Assembly: GCA_013416795.1 (NCBI GenBank)
Contig: RQSC01001221.1
Coordinates: 1-26,073 of the forward strand
Length of the DNA: 26,073 nucleotides
Source of the DNA: Prasinococcaceae sp. CCMP 1430
Lineage: Eukaryota > Plantae > Prasinodermophyta
Reading direction: 5' to 3'
This document shows positions 21,197 through 26,073 of the stretch, in pieces; within the stretch, counting starts at the first letter, position 1, and each line of letters opens with the position of its first letter. The position numbers and the translations under genes are program-made. The notes under the pieces were generated by a model. It searched no databases. It saw nothing but the letters and a program-made list of their open reading frames with translations, and was not told the origin of the DNA.

Positions 21197-21514
21197 GCCG
21201 GCCGGCCCGCGGAGCATCTCGAGCTGCCACGAGCGCGCGCGCTCGGGGAACGCGGCGCGTAGAACGGTGAACGCTCGAATACGACGTACGTAAGCATAGG
21301 CGTTTTGACATGAAATTACGGAAGATGTAGTTTCCAATTCTGATCTGGCCGATGTGTGTGTGCGCGCGGCGCATGACGAGTACGACGTGCGCGCATGCGA
21401 TTTGATGGTGAGCGGTTCCCCGCCTCGCGCGCGCGCCCCGCCACGCGCGCGACTGCGCGTCCTCGCTGTGCATGGATGGTAGGTCCGCCCTGGCCTGCAG
21501 CAGAGCGCGGGCAC

Positions 21515-21547
<33 letters not shown>

Positions 21548-22178
21548 CGGCCAACCCACAGCGCGCTACACATGGACAGAGAGAGAAAGAAAGGGGCAGG
21601 TGCGTCTCACGGACGGACGGGGCCGGTGCGGCGGGGATACGGCAAAATCTGGCACATTTTGCTGCTGCCAGGCGGACGCCGACCGACCGAAACGTCCGAC
21701 CCAACCTCCCAACGGACACGCTACAAGGAGGGCGGGCGGCGGCAATGCTCGCGTGCACGAACTTCCCGGGCCAGCATCTCGGTCTATCGCCAGGCTGGCT
21801 GGGCTCCCAGCCAGCCGCCGCATCTTGCTTTCCCACGTCGTGCCTTGCGTGTTCTGGCTGGCGGCGATGCGCGAAGACACAGAATGCACGCTGGCGCGCC
21901 CGGCCGGCAGGTCGGCATCTCGGTCGGGGCTGACGCGTCATCACAGTGTGTACGTGGCCGAAGAATCTGGTCGGGCTGCAGCGCACGCGCGCCTCGGCGC
22001 CGCCATGCCACCAGCTAACTAACTAACGACGCGCCGCCAACCGACAGAGCTGGACCAGCCGGCCCCGTCCGCCCGTGCCCCAGCAGTCGAGCGAATTTTG
22101 GGTTAAATTTGAAGAGGGTTCGCGAGGGCGCGAGGGCGGCCGCGGCCGGCGGCGGGTGCCGCCGGCGGGTGCCGGGCA

Positions 22179-22470
22179 CGCGCGCAGCGCCGCGCGCCGC
22201 GTTCCCCCCCCCCGCGTGCGCGCGCGCGCGCGGAAGTGTGCGTGCCCCTGTGCGTGTGTGTGGTGGTGGGGGGGAGGGTCCGTGGCTGTGTGGTGGGGTG
22301 TGCGTGTGCGCGTGCGTGCACGTGCGCGCATGCGCACGCGCGCTTGCGTGCGCACACACACGGGCGGGCGGCGGCTGCGGCGGGCCGAAAAGGCCCGCGC
22401 GCGGCATCTCCGCGCGGGGAAGATGCCCCCCCCCCCGCGGGCGGAGGGGGGGGGGGGGGGGGGGGGGGGG
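22179..22470. repeat. ~290-bp non-coding block duplicated at 24460-24746 (upstream of transporter copies B and C)
   Basis: Near-identical sequence from GCGCAGCGCCGCGCGCCGCGTTCCCC through GGGCCGAAAAGGCCCG and GCATCTCCGCGCGGGGAAGATGC to the poly-G run. Confidence 0.9.
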
Positions 22471-22660
22471 CGACACGTGGTCGACCCTGCGCGCGGGCCT
22501 GGGTCGGTCGGTCGGTGCACACGTGCGTGCACGCCCCAGGCAGCAGAGTGCAGCCGGTCCGGGCCTCGTCGACGGGCATCGCATCGCGGTGTGCGCGACG
22601 CTTCCCGCGAATTCGCGGGGGCGTTCGGTGCGCGCGGACATGCCGGCGCATACTGCGGAT

Positions 22661-22765
22661 GGGTGGGTTGGTGGGTGAGTGGGTGAGTTGGTGGGTGAGT
22701 TGGTGGGTGGGTTGGTTGGTGGGTGGGTGAGTTGGTGGGTGAGTTGGTGGGTGGGTGGGCGGGTG
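22661..22765. repeat. Degenerate G-rich minisatellite, unit ~GTTGGTGGGTGA
   Basis: Direct reading of repeated GGTGGGTGAGTT/GGTGGGT units. Confidence 0.8.
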
Positions 22766-23464
22766 TAGGGGGGTCCTTCGCGCCGAGGCAGATGTACTGT
22801 ACTGGCTGGCTGCTGCCTGGGCTCGGCGCTCCGTCCGGCAGGGGAGGGGCAGGAGCACAGTAGTAGCTTGTAGTGGCGCCCTCCCCCTCGCCCTCGTCCC
22901 CCCCTCCCTGCGTCTCTCAGTCGCCATTCGCACACACAGCGCACTTCGTCTTTGACGTAATTCCGCGGTAAATAATTTCAAGTCGTATTGATGCCGTCTA
23001 TACATGTACGTATTCGTTCATAGCCGAAATTTCGTTTGCTCGCTCCGCGGTCCGCGGCCCGGCCGTGGATCGGAGTTAAGGTTGAAATATTACGGTACAG
23101 TACATCAAATGCCATTGAAAAAAAGTCCCGAAACCCGAACATGGCTGAATTTTGGCCCCCCCTCGCCGATGGCGCCTCGCTGCAGCGGCGGGGGTGCGGA
23201 AAGTCTCTATGAGTAGCGCGGGTAAAACTGGGCGCCATGGCGAAGCGGCGCGCGCTGGAACGATTTTTAGGCGGGCGTAAATTCGCCTGGCGATGCCGAC
23301 GATTTTAAAGTTGACCTCTGTACTGTATTTTGAGGAAATAATAGGGTTAGTATGTATGTGTTTACAGTAGACCCTATATTTCCAGGGCGGACACTATACC
23401 CTAATGAGGTTCGGGGTGCGCGCGCCGCGCTCCAGGCGGGCGCGCTTGCCACCGCGTGTGCTCG

Positions 23465-23650
23465 CACGCGCGGACGCTGTGCGTGTGTGTGTGTGTGTGC
23501 GCACGGCGTGTGTGTGTTCGTGTGTGTGTGTGCGCACGGTGTGTGTGTGTTCGTGTGTGTGTGTGTGTGTGTGTGTGTGCATGTGTGTGTGTGTGTGTGT
23601 GCATGTGTGTGCGCGTGTGTGTGCGCGCGTGTGTGTGCGCGTGCGTGCGC
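23465..23650. repeat. (TG)n microsatellite tract
   Basis: Direct reading. Confidence 0.9.
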
Positions 23651-23695
23651 ACACCGCGCGCGCCTGGCGCCCGCCGAGCGCCGCCGCCGCAGCGN

Positions 23696-23801
23696 TGGCC
23701 ACATCGTTGGCGCCGATGCCGAACGCGGCGCACACCGAGAGGATGCCGCCGAGGACGACGATCCAGGTGTACGAGTCGAGGTCGTAGGTGCCTTCCGCCA
23801 T
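23696..23801 (-). CDS. PHO4/PiT-family phosphate transporter, copy C (first ~35 codons only; remainder lost at N23695)
   Basis: MAEGTYDLDSYTWIVVLGGILSVCAAFGIGANDVA matches copy B. The ~150 bp upstream of the ATG is homologous to that of copy B but carries substitutions and indels. Confidence 0.88.
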
Positions 23802-24459
23802 GGCGGGCGGGCGGTAGTGCGTGTGTGTGGGTTGTGGGTTGGGTTGGGTTGTGGGGAGGCTGCCCGCGCTGGCAGCGTGCGGTCTGGCGCCCGGGGCCCA
23901 CGCAGCAGCCCGCTGCGAAAACCATGCTGCACGCGGTACCAGCCGCCGCCGTTTGCGCGCGCGCGCGCGCGCGGCAGCGAGGTGCTTCACAGAACGGGCA
24001 TCTGGCCGCCGGCGGGGAGCATCTTTCGGCGGCTCGGCGCGCGCGCGCGCGCGCGCTCGGGGAACGCGGCGCGTACGACGGCAATTGTAATTACTCCGTT
24101 CACATCTGTTGTGAAATAAATCTACGGAAGGTTTCGTTCATAATTCTGGATGATTCTGAGTGCGACGCGGTGCGTCGTGTCGCGTTGCGTCGCGCTCCGG
24201 CGCGCGCGCGCGCGCGGGCGTACGTGCGCGCGCGCGCGTGTGTGTGTCCGCGCGCGTGTGTGTGCCTGCGTGTGTATGTGCGTGTGTGTGCGTGCGTGCG
24301 TGTGTGTGTGTGCGCGTGCGCGTGCGAGCGCGTGCGAGCGCGGCGCGCGCGAATTTCGGGCGGGAGCGCCGCGCGCGCTCCGAATTCACATGCGATTTGA
24401 TAGAGTCGCGTTCCCCGACGCGCGCGCGCGCGCGCGCGCGTTGCCAAGGGGCGCGCGCG

Positions 24460-24746
24460 CGCGCGCAGCGCCGCGCGCCGCGTTCCCCCCCCCCGCGTGC
24501 GCGCGCGCGCGCGGAAGTGTGCGTGCCCCTGTGCGTGTGTGTGGTGGTGGGGGGGAGGGTCCGTGGCTGTGTGGTGGGGTGTGCGTGTGCGCGTGCGTGC
24601 ACGTGCGCGCATGCGCACGCGCGCTTGCGTGCGCACACACACGGGCGGGCGGCGGCTGCGGCGGGCCGAAAAGGCCCGCGCGCGGCATCTCCGCGCGGGG
24701 AAGATGCCCCCCCCCCCCGCGGGCGGAGGGGGGGGGGGGGGGGGGG
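24460..24746. repeat. Second copy of the ~290-bp non-coding block (see 22179-22470)
   Basis: Direct comparison; ends in poly-G at the gap. Confidence 0.9.
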
Positions 24747-25677
24747 NNNNNNNNNNNNNNNNNNNNNNNNNNNNNNNNNNNNNNNNNNNNNNNNNNNNNN
24801 NNNNNNNNNNNNNNNNNNNNNNNNNNNNNNNNNNNNNNNNNNNNNNNNNNNNNNNNNNNNNNNNNNNNNNNNNNNNNNNNNNNNNNNNNNNNNNNNNNNN
24901 NNNNNNNNNNNNNNNNNNNNNNNNNNNNNNNNNNNNNNNNNNNNNNNNNNNNNNNNNNNNNNNNNNNNNNNNNNNNNNNNNNNNNNNNNNNNNNNNNNNN
25001 NNNNNNNNNNNNNNNNNNNNNNNNNNNNNNNNNNNNNNNNNNNNNNNNNNNNNNNNNNNNNNNNNNNNNNNNNNNNNNNNNNNNNNNNNNNNNNNNNNNN
25101 NNNNNNNNNNNNNNNNNNNNNNNNNNNNNNNNNNNNNNNNNNNNNNNNNNNNNNNNNNNNNNNNNNNNNNNNNNNNNNNNNNNNNNNNNNNNNNNNNNNN
25201 NNNNNNNNNNNNNNNNNNNNNNNNNNNNNNNNNNNNNNNNNNNNNNNNNNNNNNNNNNNNNNNNNNNNNNNNNNNNNNNNNNNNNNNNNNNNNNNNNNNN
25301 NNNNNNNNNNNNNNNNNNNNNNNNNNNNNNNNNNNNNNNNNNNNNNNNNNNNNNNNNNNNNNNNNNNNNNNNNNNNNNNNNNNNNNNNNNNNNNNNNNNN
25401 NNNNNNNNNNNNNNNNNNNNNNNNNNNNNNNNNNNNNNNNNNNNNNNNNNNNNNNNNNNNNNNNNNNNNNNNNNNNNNNNNNNNNNNNNNNNNNNNNNNN
25501 NNNNNNNNNNNNNNNNNNNNNNNNNNNNNNNNNNNNNNNNNNNNNNNNNNNNNNNNNNNNNNNNNNNNNNNNNNNNNNNNNNNNNNNNNNNNNNNNNNNN
25601 NNNNNNNNNNNNNNNNNNNNNNNNNNNNNNNNNNNNNNNNNNNNNNNNNNNNNNNNNNNNNNNNNNNNNNNNNNNNN
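24747..25677. other. Assembly gap (931 N)
   Basis: N run starting immediately after a poly-G tract. Confidence 0.99.
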
Positions 25678-25739
25678 CGTCGGCTGGCGTCGCAGGCGGC
25701 GGCGATGCGCGCCGCAGCGGCGACACGCACGTACGACGC

Positions 25740-25795
25740 GCCGCGTGCGCGTGCGCGCGTGCGTGCGTGCGTGCACACACACACACACACACATG

Positions 25796-25826
<31 letters not shown>

Positions 25827-26073
25827 ACACACACACGCACACACACACATGCACACATGCACACACACGCCCCTTCATGCGCTGACAAGCACGCGCATGC
25901 GCATTCACTCACTCGCACTCGCACACACACACACACTCACACGCGCGCACACACACGCACGCACGCGCGCACAAACACACACACACACACACACATGCGC
26001 GCACACACACACTCACCAACACGCACACGCACGCACGCGCACGCGCAGCGCGCCGTACGCGGCCGCGCGCGGC
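25740..26073. repeat. (CA)n/(CG)n microsatellite tract
   Basis: Direct reading. Confidence 0.9.

Noticed and set aside
21000-24700. Canonical P1BS (GNATATNC) upstream of the transporters
   Set aside because: None found by eye; the recurring motif is GCATCT instead.
3-26073. Dozens of long ORFs rich in HTHT/CVCV/RARA (e.g. 7824-10715, 7469-9094, 2738-4585, 19235-21559)
   Set aside because: CA/TG/CG repeats and high GC lack stop codons; these ORFs are read-throughs of introns or antisense shadows of real genes.
1-26073. tRNA/rRNA genes and transposase or reverse-transcriptase ORFs
   Set aside because: No cloverleaf/A-B box pattern, rRNA signature or DDE/RT motif recognised.

Overview
GC-rich eukaryotic genomic DNA with spliceosomal (GT-AG) introns and intergenic spacers filled with (CA)n/(TG)n/(CG)n microsatellites. 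The gene set (plant-type HIR, AMI1/TOC64-type amidase, PHO4 transporters) suggests an alga, probably green lineage (inference only). Most long ORFs in the six-frame track are microsatellite artefacts. Genes supported by manual splicing, left to right: a secreted TSP1 + TPR protein with a GPI-like tail (+); a divergent SSRP1-middle/Rtt106-like acidic protein (-); an intronless 12-repeat ankyrin protein (+); TRAPPC1/BET5 (-); a small single-TM orphan (-); a Sulfotransfer_2 carbohydrate sulfotransferase (+); a METTL2/6-like tRNA m3C methyltransferase (+); an HIR/SPFH protein (-); an amidase C-terminal exon (+); a small beta-sandwich-like ORF (-); an orphan membrane protein (+); and three same-strand copies of a PHO4/PiT phosphate transporter (-), one complete and two cut by assembly junctions. 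Four single-N junctions (3648, 7269, 16581, 23695) and a 931-bp N gap (24747-25677) truncate several genes. Best leads: the phosphate-transporter triplication with an upstream GCATCT motif cluster, the TSP1 + bacterial-like TPR surface protein, the Rtt106-like protein, and introns lacking polypyrimidine tracts. All family assignments come from motif recognition by eye; no database search was run.
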